Notes under the pieces: model-generated | Told to the model about the DNA's origin: nothing | What the model saw: only the letters and a program-made list of their open reading frames with translations | Database searches by the model: none | Shown here: positions 55,701 through 64,000 of the stretch, piece by piece | How positions within the stretch are numbered: the first letter of the stretch is position 1 | How the letters are laid out: each line of letters opens with the position of its first letter | IMG/VR virus record: IMGVR_UViG_3300045988_076381 | Source: a virus | Strand: one strand, 5' to 3' | Length of the DNA stretch: 64,000 nucleotides | Program-made: the position numbers and the translations under genes

Positions 55701-57629
55701 TATGAAAGATTCAGTCATTCCTAACGGTTTACCGTCTCCACGTTTTACTGGAAGAACAGGGATCTTAGAATTTAAATCTAATCCTATAGTTGCTCCTTGA
55801 CAATATACTGTTGGAATTCGTTTTTGACGTACAAAAAAGAATCCTTTAGTATATTTTTTTAATTCTTTTATTAAATTCTCAGTATCCTTCCAAGTAGGAT
55901 AATCGGAGTTATTTTCTGAATTCTTAAATATGAATTTAATACCTACTGGTTTATTATATCCATCATAAGTAGAGTTCTTTTCAATACTTAATTTAACTAC
56001 ACCTTTAGCATTATCCAAAGAAGATTTTATAAATCCATTCTCTAAAACTTCTATATAATTTCTATCTCCCGGAAGTTCGGTATCTTTATTCCAATTATAT
56101 ATAGATTCAATTTTTTCAGTATTCTCAATTCCTAAATTCCTTCCCCGGATATTAAATACTGGAGACAATGTAAAGTCATTCATTATATATACTATTCCAA
56201 ATCTATATATATCTTCCCAATATCCTACTCTATGATAGATATTATATACATTATAATACATTCCGAAGGTTTCTCTACTAGATCCAACTGGTGTGTAATA
56301 CCCATTATCTAATGATATATCTCCAACCTCATCTTCTGTATAAATTTCTGGAATAATACGCAAAGATAGATCAGCCAATTCTTTATACGGAATAGTTGTT
56401 TTATTTACATTACTTAAAAATAATCTATTTTGTACTTGAGCCTGAGATTTAGCATTTTCTACAATACTATATTGGATATTAATATCATCTAAACTAATTT
56501 CTGACACAGGTTCTATACCTGTTATAGTAACAGTACATACAGTATTTATTACAGAGAAGCTATTAACTAATTTATATGCTTTTGTAATCTCTGTTCCATT
56601 TTCAGTACTAGTGGATCTTGTATAATAGATATTTAGATAATCATAAGAATCGTCTATATTAGTTATAGTGAATCTAATAGTTTTATACGCATTAGTATCT
56701 AATATTCCACCTTTTATAGTTTTTATATCACTAATATCTCCTATATAAACAGAAACAATTCCTGATTCAGCAACAAAATCAGTCTCGTTTCCATCAGAGT
56801 CTTGATATTTAAAATAAAATACATAATTCCCAACCTTTAATTCCCCTCCAGATTCTACACCATCAAATCTAATAACTGGAAGAGTTTTTATAGTTTTATA
56901 TAGTTTAGTCTCTCCGTCTAAGGAATTTTCATCATATATATTAGTATCATTACTCCCATTTCTATCTATAATTTTATACATTCCATTTTCAGTTGGAGTA
57001 AAACGGGAATTTATAAGTCTTGGGGGATTTAAATCATCATTAAGTATAAGATTTACGCTTCCGTCATACGATTCTTGAATCTCTATATCAACTGGATTAT
57101 TTATACTAAAATTTAAATCTTTAGTACTAAAATCAACTAAATCCCCTTTTCTATTAGATGTAATCAATCTTCCTTCATTATTACCTGGATTACCAACTTC
57201 AATTTCTTTTTTGCTATTAGTACGAACCCATTCTCTTGGACTTAATGCTTGTCTTGGTGTATATTTAAGAGAAGAGTATTCAGCGGTTGCTTCTGAAAAT
57301 CTACTTTTAACTTCATCTGTATTTATATTACTATTATTAGAACTTATTATAAATAAAGTATCTATATTTTGATCAGTAATATAGATTTCTTTTTCTTTAA
57401 ATATTCCAGTATCATTATCTATAGGTTCAATTATTTTTAAAGTAGCAGGAATTTCAATGTCCCCACTTTTTATTACATATCTTCCATCAGTAGCTTTAAG
57501 ATATCTATTTCCGGATAATCTTAAATTTCTAAATGGATTATATTCATATGCTAAAAACCCTTCTGTTTGAAGAGTCTTATACATAATTTCAAATGTAATA
57601 TCAAAATTTAAGGTTAAAAAAGGGGTCAT
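52716..57629 (-). CDS. large tail/virion structural protein (1637 aa)
   Basis: Uninterrupted 4.9-kb ORF with N/Y/S/T-rich, beta-type composition. Assigned by size and position in the structural operon only. Confidence 0.65.
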   Translation of the reverse strand: MTPFLTLNFDITFEIMYKTLQTEGFLAYEYNPFRNLRLSGNRYLKATDGRYVIKSGDIEIPATLKIIEPIDNDTGIFKEKEIYITDQNIDTLFIISSNNSNINTDEVKSRFSEATAEYSSLKYTPRQALSPREWVRTNSKKEIEVGNPGNNEGRLITSNRKGDLVDFSTKDLNFSINNPVDIEIQESYDGSVNLILNDDLNPPRLINSRFTPTENGMYKIIDRNGSNDTNIYDENSLDGETKLYKTIKTLPVIRFDGVESGGELKVGNYVFYFKYQDSDGNETDFVAESGIVSVYIGDISDIKTIKGGILDTNAYKTIRFTITNIDDSYDYLNIYYTRSTSTENGTEITKAYKLVNSFSVINTVCTVTITGIEPVSEISLDDINIQYSIVENAKSQAQVQNRLFLSNVNKTTIPYKELADLSLRIIPEIYTEDEVGDISLDNGYYTPVGSSRETFGMYYNVYNIYHRVGYWEDIYRFGIVYIMNDFTLSPVFNIRGRNLGIENTEKIESIYNWNKDTELPGDRNYIEVLENGFIKSSLDNAKGVVKLSIEKNSTYDGYNKPVGIKFIFKNSENNSDYPTWKDTENLIKELKKYTKGFFFVRQKRIPTVYCQGATIGLDLNSKIPVLPVKRGDGKPLGMTESFIANSNGDSILENDINNRLLYSNDTLPNAAIVPEAELNNELYSQIFNGSKFVLRDSYLTYDTTENYITQRGDDRHYTFPNFSRNKEGNSSRSWYQNISLTYIDDNIQLKTSGTQDFSSRAGEAEVAYKFKYLGKEDNKAKAKNLLRGSWGSYVGIEGLQSYCKLVDIMIPGYNEGMLVDYFKARFSDMSPYYSICDRYEWDSLEGEELVCYRGDCYINIFTHRMCRNFQDPESPTNDTIVDPYTWRDNYTGSEDGALDLEKAELINRGDVNAVQIGHWVTLKCLSNINLALRCEDGSNTSEAALNGHPRTFYPISRFNASGEYKIPESTVYNSGYNSSTSDKNYFILPDVPYIKNDFSNRIMYSDIFISDAFKNNYRVFQLSNYRDYNKEYGTITSIIEWYGDLVVVFEKGVGLIPINERIQTAGELNNPVYLNSNNVLPERPILLSKLYGSQWKDSVLKTDNYVYGVDTFAKKIWRTNGKSFEIISDFKIQKYLNDNISFTERERSTTLGLRNVKTHFNKFKFDVLFTFYDDIQDINPVGEFITSREWNLCYNEKLQLWTTRYSWIPLMSENISNVFFTNNKEDSKNISKVSVTWEGSVAAKGIILRDPTTYSNKVSWESILNPINNPLVVYKGIEIPDLTSPITIGKDVAVGLLDIKLDVDPDKFRIKYSKYEFINNDIYPDNEDFYLYTHEDKIGNKVSNRQTWLILRSSNSTIRNKYLEGNKYVTLNIRAELVRGRNESITSNMEELEVDASSTYTGVVYIRTSSETWKNPTYFWRHGVAGIFDNKEKIYPTSWYKERDSKGVPLSYDPFEFEFVVNKNVGYHKVFTNLFIISNNVLPELVSFEVIGDAYDFSNIPDLKENTYLVQKGEIEESETDDYIKFIDNKDCNNKSTGKSAIVFYDDRLSEYSLRRIQPIKDMSTCGIIKGNTRYQEDFVNITLEPFKYQKGNKGNIKLKIEETRPRDKYIKIRVKYKGDKRVIITALQTMFEISFC

Positions 57630-57635
57630 ATATAA

Positions 57636-60600
57636 TTAAGTAAAATTAACTAAATTCTCTGGTTTACTAAAATTAGACCCAGTTATATTTCCTCTTACCT
57701 GTAATTGTTTGCTAAATACCAGATCATCTGGATTTCTAAGGTTAGCATTACAACAATCTTCATTATCTGATAAATTTCTAAAAGAATACCAGTCAATATA
57801 TCTAGATTCCTGATTACTTGCTCCAAAACCCATTCCTATCAGATGAATGTTATTATTTAGAATACTAAAAAGAGGATGTACCTCAAATTTATCTACTCTC
57901 TTAAAATATAATTTTTCATTATTAGTAGCGTACATGTTATCTAAATCCTTAGACATATATGTAGTATAACTACTTGCTTCGAGATATATGTTTTTAACTT
58001 TATTTAAATTAGAGGAGGTTAAAGAAGAACTAAATATATATCTATAAGGTATGCCAGCTGAAAAAGGAGCTTGTGTAGTTTCTATTGGTTTGTAATCTTC
58101 TAATTTTGTTTTATCGGGGCCAGTATCTGTACTTCCATATCCAATATAATACTCATTATCCTTTAATGAATTTATATATGTATTTATTATTGTAGTAATC
58201 CTGTCATTTAGAGGTATAGTACCATCATCTGTTTTTATATTAATATTTACTGATGAAAATGATCCAGTTAATTTTATCTTTCCTTCTAATGTAGTATCAT
58301 AAAGATTATCATATTTAATTGTATCAGGATTAGGTATAGTATAAGGATTATTAGATACTCCAGATACTTTACTTGCTCTATATAAATTATTAAATAATGT
58401 ATTAAATTCTGACCTTATATTATCTGCTGACATAGTATTTCCAACTCTAGTTCCGTATATATTACAAATACACATTGTATTTCCATCAAATTCTATTATA
58501 ACAAAGGTTGATGGATAATATTTAGAAGAATTTTTATTAGGATAAAAATATAATTTATTACAGGTTCTACTTCCCCAGTTATTTACGAAAGCTTCTAGAG
58601 AAGTATCAAGACTATCTCCAGCAAATGCTAATATCCCTATTTTATTATTCCCTAGTCTTGATTTTATTTTATTTACGACTGTGGTTGGAGAATTTCCTGC
58701 GTCTACAGTGTAATCTCTATCATAACCCCCTTTATTTGGATCTTTAGTAACCCACTCAGATGATACATCCTTATCTACAAAAATATTATCTACTCCATCC
58801 TTAACACAGATCCAATCTCCACGTCCATCATCGTTATGATAATAAGGTATTCCAGATGATACTTGTAGTCCATCCCACCCTAATAATCCTACAGGTTCCC
58901 ATTTATTATATTCTATTTTATCTCCCGGAATATTTGTAGTATATGTTCCTGATTTTACTTGTTTATTTAGGGTTGCAGTTATAGTAAGCTTCCTAATATT
59001 TTCATCATCCTGAGTTTTATCATCAGTTATAACAGCGGATGGAAAAATTAATGGAGTTCCAGAAGTAGTTAAACTATAATTAGATGTATCAGATGAGTAA
59101 ATTATATCAGCATCTAATATCCCAAAATTAAGTTTATTTACTTTTCTAAGTTTATACTCTGAACTTACTGTAACACTATTTTCTATAGTAGTTTCATATA
59201 GCGTCTTGTGTTCCCCTTCTTCAATTAAATCGGAAGCTGATGACAATGAAGGTTGTAGTATATTATCTTTTTTATGGATAATAGTTGGTCCAGTAATACT
59301 CTTTTGGGATAAATCTATAGCAGAATCCGATACTACTGTTATATAATTATCTATTTTAAGTGTTGAAAAGTTCTTAGTATCTTCTGTAATAGCAGAAGTA
59401 TAATAAGAATTAAATTGTCCATTTGTGAAAAGAGTATATAAAGCATTATATTCCTCAACCTCAAATCGGTGTTTTTCTGTATCCTTATTAAAGCTCAATC
59501 CACATATTCTACATATATAAAAATTATTATATCTTAACCTAGTATATTCAGAATTATATACATAATTATTTTGAGTACTAAAATTCTTATATATTTTAGT
59601 ACCATTTCCTAATTGAGGTTCTATTTTATATATCCACGGTAATCTAGGATTAGATATAGAAGGCTCTTTAGTATTTATATTCTCTTGAACAGTTTCTCCA
59701 GATACTATTTTAAAATAATCCTCTAATCTTGAAGAATCCAATAATAAATAGTAATTGGTACCGGAAGATTCTAAATAATTATTTTCGAAATTTGTAATAG
59801 CGGAATCTATATCTTCCACCCCTTCCCCGTTTTGATAATAATAAGGTTCTACTTTTAAATCTTTATCAAAACAATCTATAGAGAAATTATAGGATCCTGA
59901 AATAGATTTAGATAAAGGGTATATAAGAGATGCATTTGCGGATACATCATAAAATTCTATATACATTACATCACACTTATTTAATCCATTTGATGTTCCT
60001 CTAACAAAGAAGTCTGTAGTAATAGTAACCCTTTTAACTTCTCTTCCTTCTATATTAGTAGTACTAGTAGTAGAATATCTCCATATATTAGATTCTTTAC
60101 TAGTTAATAGATCTCGATAATTTAATACTGTTGTATATTTAAGATTCTCAAACCATTGGAATCTTGAATATGGTTTTATAGTTATACGTGTATCTTTTTC
60201 TTTACTTAATTTTAATAAATCATGTTTAATTGATATTACGGGTTGTGGAATATTCTCTCCGGGCTTTAAAATATACTCGGGATCTATTTCTTCATCCTCA
60301 TGGGTACCTTCTTCATCTTTTTCTATTCTTACTCCATATACATTATTATAACTATCACTTTCACTATTAATAGTAAGTTCTACATTGTAATCATCCTTAC
60401 CATTTTCAGTTACATCTCCTATCTCAATATTAAAAAAATCAATAGGTTCTATCTCTAATACTATAATTAAATATCCATTAAATCTAGAACTATATGTATT
60501 ATATAATGAGGGATCCTGAACTGTTTTTAATTGAATATTACCTCCAAATGCTTCGCCTTCTGTATAAAAAAACTTTCTAACTTCGTTTGTAAATACATTA

Positions 60601-61217
60601 GTTTGATCTTCTATATAAGTAATAGATCCATTTTCATTTACAGTGGCAAGATGTAATGAAAAAACTCTCCGTTGAAGTTTCCCGTTACTGAATGTAGTAT
60701 TGTAATTTTTATAAGTTTCTATAAAGTCATCTATCGAAGAGCTACCAGTGCTAGGAGTTATATAAATTAGAAATTTATCCCCGGGCCTTAAAACCATTCG
60801 TTGCAATAAAGAAAAATCAGCTTTTAAATAAGTAATTTGTAATCCTTTACTCTTCCCTTCTGGATATAAAGTACTATCAAGTATATCAGTATCTATATCA
60901 TCCATAGATAATTCTTCCGAAGATATATTCCTTTCTGGAGATGGAAATGAACCTAATTCACATTCTCCAGTAAGAGGATTCATCGATGCTATATATATAA
61001 TCCCTCCATACTGCTTTATTCCAAGAGGAATAAAATCTTTCTTTAATGCACAAGATTCAACTCTCCCATTTCCAGAATCATTTTGTAATATAAACTCATT
61101 ACCATCAAAAGTTATAATCGTTCCATTTAAACAATCTGTTAATACTGTATTCGGAACTACAGTATCATTCATATCCATTAATAATCCTCCATTAAAGGAG
61201 TTTTGAGCTATTTCCAT
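57636..61217 (-). CDS. large tail/virion structural protein (1193 aa)
   Basis: Uninterrupted 3.6-kb ORF with N/S/T/Y-rich composition typical of tail or receptor-binding proteins. Assigned by position only. Confidence 0.65.
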   Translation of the reverse strand: MEIAQNSFNGGLLMDMNDTVVPNTVLTDCLNGTIITFDGNEFILQNDSGNGRVESCALKKDFIPLGIKQYGGIIYIASMNPLTGECELGSFPSPERNISSEELSMDDIDTDILDSTLYPEGKSKGLQITYLKADFSLLQRMVLRPGDKFLIYITPSTGSSSIDDFIETYKNYNTTFSNGKLQRRVFSLHLATVNENGSITYIEDQTNVFTNEVRKFFYTEGEAFGGNIQLKTVQDPSLYNTYSSRFNGYLIIVLEIEPIDFFNIEIGDVTENGKDDYNVELTINSESDSYNNVYGVRIEKDEEGTHEDEEIDPEYILKPGENIPQPVISIKHDLLKLSKEKDTRITIKPYSRFQWFENLKYTTVLNYRDLLTSKESNIWRYSTTSTTNIEGREVKRVTITTDFFVRGTSNGLNKCDVMYIEFYDVSANASLIYPLSKSISGSYNFSIDCFDKDLKVEPYYYQNGEGVEDIDSAITNFENNYLESSGTNYYLLLDSSRLEDYFKIVSGETVQENINTKEPSISNPRLPWIYKIEPQLGNGTKIYKNFSTQNNYVYNSEYTRLRYNNFYICRICGLSFNKDTEKHRFEVEEYNALYTLFTNGQFNSYYTSAITEDTKNFSTLKIDNYITVVSDSAIDLSQKSITGPTIIHKKDNILQPSLSSASDLIEEGEHKTLYETTIENSVTVSSEYKLRKVNKLNFGILDADIIYSSDTSNYSLTTSGTPLIFPSAVITDDKTQDDENIRKLTITATLNKQVKSGTYTTNIPGDKIEYNKWEPVGLLGWDGLQVSSGIPYYHNDDGRGDWICVKDGVDNIFVDKDVSSEWVTKDPNKGGYDRDYTVDAGNSPTTVVNKIKSRLGNNKIGILAFAGDSLDTSLEAFVNNWGSRTCNKLYFYPNKNSSKYYPSTFVIIEFDGNTMCICNIYGTRVGNTMSADNIRSEFNTLFNNLYRASKVSGVSNNPYTIPNPDTIKYDNLYDTTLEGKIKLTGSFSSVNINIKTDDGTIPLNDRITTIINTYINSLKDNEYYIGYGSTDTGPDKTKLEDYKPIETTQAPFSAGIPYRYIFSSSLTSSNLNKVKNIYLEASSYTTYMSKDLDNMYATNNEKLYFKRVDKFEVHPLFSILNNNIHLIGMGFGASNQESRYIDWYSFRNLSDNEDCCNANLRNPDDLVFSKQLQVRGNITGSNFSKPENLVNFT

Positions 61218-61218
61218 A

Positions 61219-61818
61219 TTAAAATTCCGTTAAATCTTCTCTAGTTATATTATCAATTTTAGTAAACTCGTACCCATCAAAAGATCTTTTTAAGAAATAT
61301 TCTACATCTTTAGTAGAATAATTCTCAAAAAATACCTTATATCCAGGAATTCCGTATAATTTAACTCTAAAGAAATGATCGTAGTTTAAATTAAGCAAGC
61401 ACTCATCAAGCACTCTATATAAGCATACATCTCCAAAATTAAACGTAATATTTCTTTTATTTAAATAAATAGATTTAAATTTCTCCTCAGTTAATCCAAA
61501 ATAACAATACCCCCACCATTTAGTTCTACGCTGTCTATATAAAAACCTCATCTTAGTAATCATCTTACTAATAGCGTATCTAATTTTGTGAGCAATACTT
61601 TGAAATGTAACTCTTCCAATGAGAAATTTAAACATCTTACCATCTATTTTACTAGATAAATAAACATCACTATTATTAGATATTACATAATATAAATATC
61701 TATTCCCATATTTAATAATAGTAGTTAAATCTTCTATACTAAATTCTGGGAATTTTTCTTGTAATATCGGGAGATAATCCTTTAAATACTTAATCTTATT
61801 AGCCATACTTATTACCAC
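61219..61818 (-). CDS. hypothetical basic protein (199 aa; alternative ATG at 61806)
   Basis: The track start (non-ATG) is at 61818. The ATG at 61806 (MANKIKYL) overlaps the upstream stop. Confidence 0.55.
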   Translation of the reverse strand: MVISMANKIKYLKDYLPILQEKFPEFSIEDLTTIIKYGNRYLYYVISNNSDVYLSSKIDGKMFKFLIGRVTFQSIAHKIRYAISKMITKMRFLYRQRRTKWWGYCYFGLTEEKFKSIYLNKRNITFNFGDVCLYRVLDECLLNLNYDHFFRVKLYGIPGYKVFFENYSTKDVEYFLKRSFDGYEFTKIDNITREDLTEF

Positions 61819-62260
61819 TATTTACATTATCAAAAAATTCTCTAGTTAAGGAGTAATTTAACATTACTCCTCTAGTTAAAGTTCCTTTCTTACCTTTCTC
61901 ATAGAATAATTTAATTTGTGGGTATTTATACTCAGAATCAAAATAATTATACATTGTATTTGTAGAAGTCTTTAGATGATTTAAAAGTTCTTCTCCTTTA
62001 AGTATTTCAATCCCCAAAATCATTCTTTTTCTGGTTGTAAATACGAAAGTAGTACTATTTCTGATAATATCCAATATTACTAAATATAAAAAGTAAATAT
62101 AAATCCTACAACACCATAATCGGAGTTCTGCACCATTTTTATAATTCTTTTTAAGCATTTTTCTAGATACCTCTAACTTCTTTAAATCGAATTTTTCAAA
62201 CAATTCAGGTGCGGAGAATGTATAACTAAGAGAAGATATTGTTGTATTATTATATTTCAT
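61799..62260 (-). CDS. hypothetical protein (153 aa)
   Basis: Its start overlaps the stop of the upstream ORF by 1 nt (62260). Confidence 0.55.
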   Translation of the reverse strand: MKYNNTTISSLSYTFSAPELFEKFDLKKLEVSRKMLKKNYKNGAELRLWCCRIYIYFLYLVILDIIRNSTTFVFTTRKRMILGIEILKGEELLNHLKTSTNTMYNYFDSEYKYPQIKLFYEKGKKGTLTRGVMLNYSLTREFFDNVNSGNKYG

Positions 62261-62949
62261 TACTTCTCTGGTTTAAATGATTTTCCGTAAGATTTTCTAT
62301 CAAAACTAGTCATTACATCTAAAATCCTATTCATATCGTTTTGAGATACTTTTTCCGGAACTCTAGCTCTTTCACATAACCTAGCCCATTCTAATTTTAT
62401 ATTCTGAGCCATTTGATATGTATTAGGATCTCTAGTTCTAATAGCTTGTTTATATAAATCTGTATAAGCACAATATGCTGCAATTGCTTCGGCCTCTTTA
62501 GAATTTATATAAGGAAATCCTTCTTCATCTAGAATTTGTTTCCTATATAAAACTAATACATTCTTATAATCCTTATCAAATAATAAAGTATTTTCCCTCA
62601 TCTGGTAATTTAATAATACTCCATAATCATATAATAAGGATTTATTATATTTCCAGTATTCTATATATTGTTCTATGTAATTAGTAATAACTTGAGGCCA
62701 ACGTTGTTTATTAGATGTTTTTTGAGAGTCTATAAAATTCCCGAATACTGCTTCGATACTAGTAACATCACATGGGAGTTCTAATTCCCCGTTTACAACG
62801 TCTCCAACAAATTCCTTTATCTCAGTTTGTTTATTTCCTATCTTATCATATGCAATCATTCCTGAGGATTCAAATTCTAATTGGTCTATATTTAAACCGT
62901 AATTAGTTTGAATATATGTATATGCTGTGTGGAAGTTTAAATTCTTCAT
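62260..62949 (-). CDS. virion-module protein (229 aa)
   Basis: ORF in the - operon. No motif. Confidence 0.6.
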   Translation of the reverse strand: MKNLNFHTAYTYIQTNYGLNIDQLEFESSGMIAYDKIGNKQTEIKEFVGDVVNGELELPCDVTSIEAVFGNFIDSQKTSNKQRWPQVITNYIEQYIEYWKYNKSLLYDYGVLLNYQMRENTLLFDKDYKNVLVLYRKQILDEEGFPYINSKEAEAIAAYCAYTDLYKQAIRTRDPNTYQMAQNIKLEWARLCERARVPEKVSQNDMNRILDVMTSFDRKSYGKSFKPEK

Positions 62950-62954
62950 ATATA

Positions 62955-63638
62955 TTAAGCTTTAGCTACTTGATCATTTGGTAGGTTAGGTGCGGCTAAA
63001 CTCCTATACCACCGTACCTTTTTTTCTGTGATTCTTCTTTTAATATCATTAGTCAAGAAGTTCATATTAGATACCTCTTCTGCATTACAACAAGTAAATT
63101 GTTCTAATTGTCTAGGATCTTTAAATACGGCTATTATAGATAATGTTTTAATCAACGGAGCATTAAATATATAACAATCATACATCCCATTTTCATTAGG
63201 TGCTGTATCTATATAAATATAAGGCTTTCTTCCTAACCACCTATTATATTTATGATACTGATAAGATATATCAGTATAAATTTTAAATGGAGTATTTCTA
63301 TCAACAGTTCCGAAATACTGAATTGCATCAACTCCTAAATCTGTAACAATTTGAGGTATTTCTACATGAGGAATATTAGTCTCTCTAACATTTAAATTAG
63401 AATTACATAAATTACAATTCTCTATAGGTTTACAATCTACCTCTAAACAATTAATAGATGTAACTAAATCCTTAACTGGAAGAAGTCCTTTTAAAGCGTA
63501 TTCTTTTATTATAGTTAATCTCTCATCTACTATATCATCTTCTAACTGTTCAACAGATAAGGATATATTAGATGTAATACCTCTTAATCCTGATAAAATA
63601 TCGTTTAAAATCGCAGAGGCTAATTTATTTAATTCCAT
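62955..63638 (-). CDS. virion-module protein (227 aa)
   Basis: First gene after the strong terminator at about 63653-63693. No motif. Confidence 0.6.
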   Translation of the reverse strand: MELNKLASAILNDILSGLRGITSNISLSVEQLEDDIVDERLTIIKEYALKGLLPVKDLVTSINCLEVDCKPIENCNLCNSNLNVRETNIPHVEIPQIVTDLGVDAIQYFGTVDRNTPFKIYTDISYQYHKYNRWLGRKPYIYIDTAPNENGMYDCYIFNAPLIKTLSIIAVFKDPRQLEQFTCCNAEEVSNMNFLTNDIKRRITEKKVRWYRSLAAPNLPNDQVAKA

Positions 63639-63652
63639 ATAGTATAATATTT

Positions 63653-63693
63653 AAAAAGGCAGATAAGAATATTATTATCTTACCTGCCTTTTA
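63653..63693 (-). terminator. intrinsic terminator after the Ig-like gene
   Basis: Stem GGCAGATAAGA / TCTTACCTGCC (one mismatch), flanked by AAAAA and TTTT. On the - strand the hairpin is followed by UUUUU. Confidence 0.7.
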
Positions 63694-63715
63694 TTAAATA
63701 ATATATTTTCTTATA

Positions 63716-64000
63716 TTAAGCGGTTACAGTTACATTAACAGTTAGTACTGTATCTGATCCTTTTTTATAAATTACAGCTACAGCAGAGTCTGTAGTAGCC
63801 TTGCCAGTAATTTCTGTTCCTTTTACTTCAACTTTGTCAGTAGAAGCAGAAGATACACTATCATATTCAGAAATCTTAATATCTACATATTTCTTTTCTC
63901 CTACTTTTAATGTCATAGTCTGAGTAGCCGCATCCGTACCAGTATTATCGGAAGCTTTTTCTACATCATCTATAACTACTCCAGCAGCTTTTACAGCAGT
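63716..64000 (-). CDS. Ig-like (Big_2-type) domain protein, 5' end outside the window
   Basis: The frame stays open upstream of the track ATG to the window edge (...TAVKAAGVVIDDVEKASDNTGTDAATQT-MTLKVGEKK...). The beta-strand-rich VxVxV pattern ending TVNVTVTA is typical of bacterial Ig-like domains on capsid or decoration proteins. Confidence 0.6.
   Translation of the reverse strand, partial: TAVKAAGVVIDDVEKASDNTGTDAATQTMTLKVGEKKYVDIKISEYDSVSSASTDKVEVKGTEITGKATTDSAVAVIYKKGSDTVLTVNVTVTA

Noticed and set aside
1-64000. Stop-codon reassignment (TAG or TGA recoding), CRISPR arrays, a diversity-generating retroelement, or integrase/transposase genes.
   Set aside because: ORFs up to 2935 codons are uninterrupted under the standard code. 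No spaced direct-repeat arrays were seen, and no reverse-transcriptase, integrase or transposase motifs were found in any listed ORF.

Overview
This is a visibly AT-rich, densely coding dsDNA phage segment. Its layout matches a crAss-like (Crassvirales-type) podophage of a Bacteroidota host; that assignment is inferred from gene content, giant ORFs and a Bacteroides-type TTTG/TAnnTTTG promoter. Two convergent arms meet at a bidirectional hairpin terminator at about 12164-12207. The + strand arm (1-12161) is an early replication and nucleotide-metabolism module: dUTPase, Dda/RecD-like SF1 helicase, ATP-dependent DNA ligase, ThyX, a DUF1599-like protein, an LruC/DUF4842-like secreted protein, an SLT transglycosylase and many small ORFans. 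The - strand arm (12206-64000) is a late virion module. It holds a truncated Ig-like capsid-proximal gene with a strong terminator, tail-sized proteins (1193 and 1637 aa), a DUF192 protein and a GH108 lysozyme. It also holds an HTH-regulator island with its own promoter and 22-bp tandem repeats, a 92-aa Ala/Gln-rich mini-gene and a Gly/Ala-rich tape-measure-like 1524-aa protein. The arm ends with a ~27-kb block of giant ORFs (2935, 2130, 1054, 1356 and 1490 aa) carrying SF1-helicase, HExxH and PD-(D/E)XK motifs. No rRNA, tRNA, CRISPR array, transposase or integrase was seen. The long ORFs are uninterrupted, so the standard genetic code applies. The main finding is the only large non-coding gap inside the giant-ORF block (24396-24954, - strand). 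It contains two complete, back-to-back, ORF-less group IA intron cores (P-Q-R-S elements with supporting helices, each found twice). They are separated by at most a few nucleotides of exon and very probably join the 2130-aa and 1054-aa ORFs into one ~3180-aa spliced product. Secondary findings: a repeated TGTTAA-N-ATGGNNTGTAA junction that gives giant ORFs C-terminal Cys and N-terminal M-[AG]-C; a recurrent N-terminal aromatic-x-x-GG motif in five virion-module proteins; an 18-aa Lys-rich MACK micro-ORF; and enzyme modules embedded in the giant proteins.
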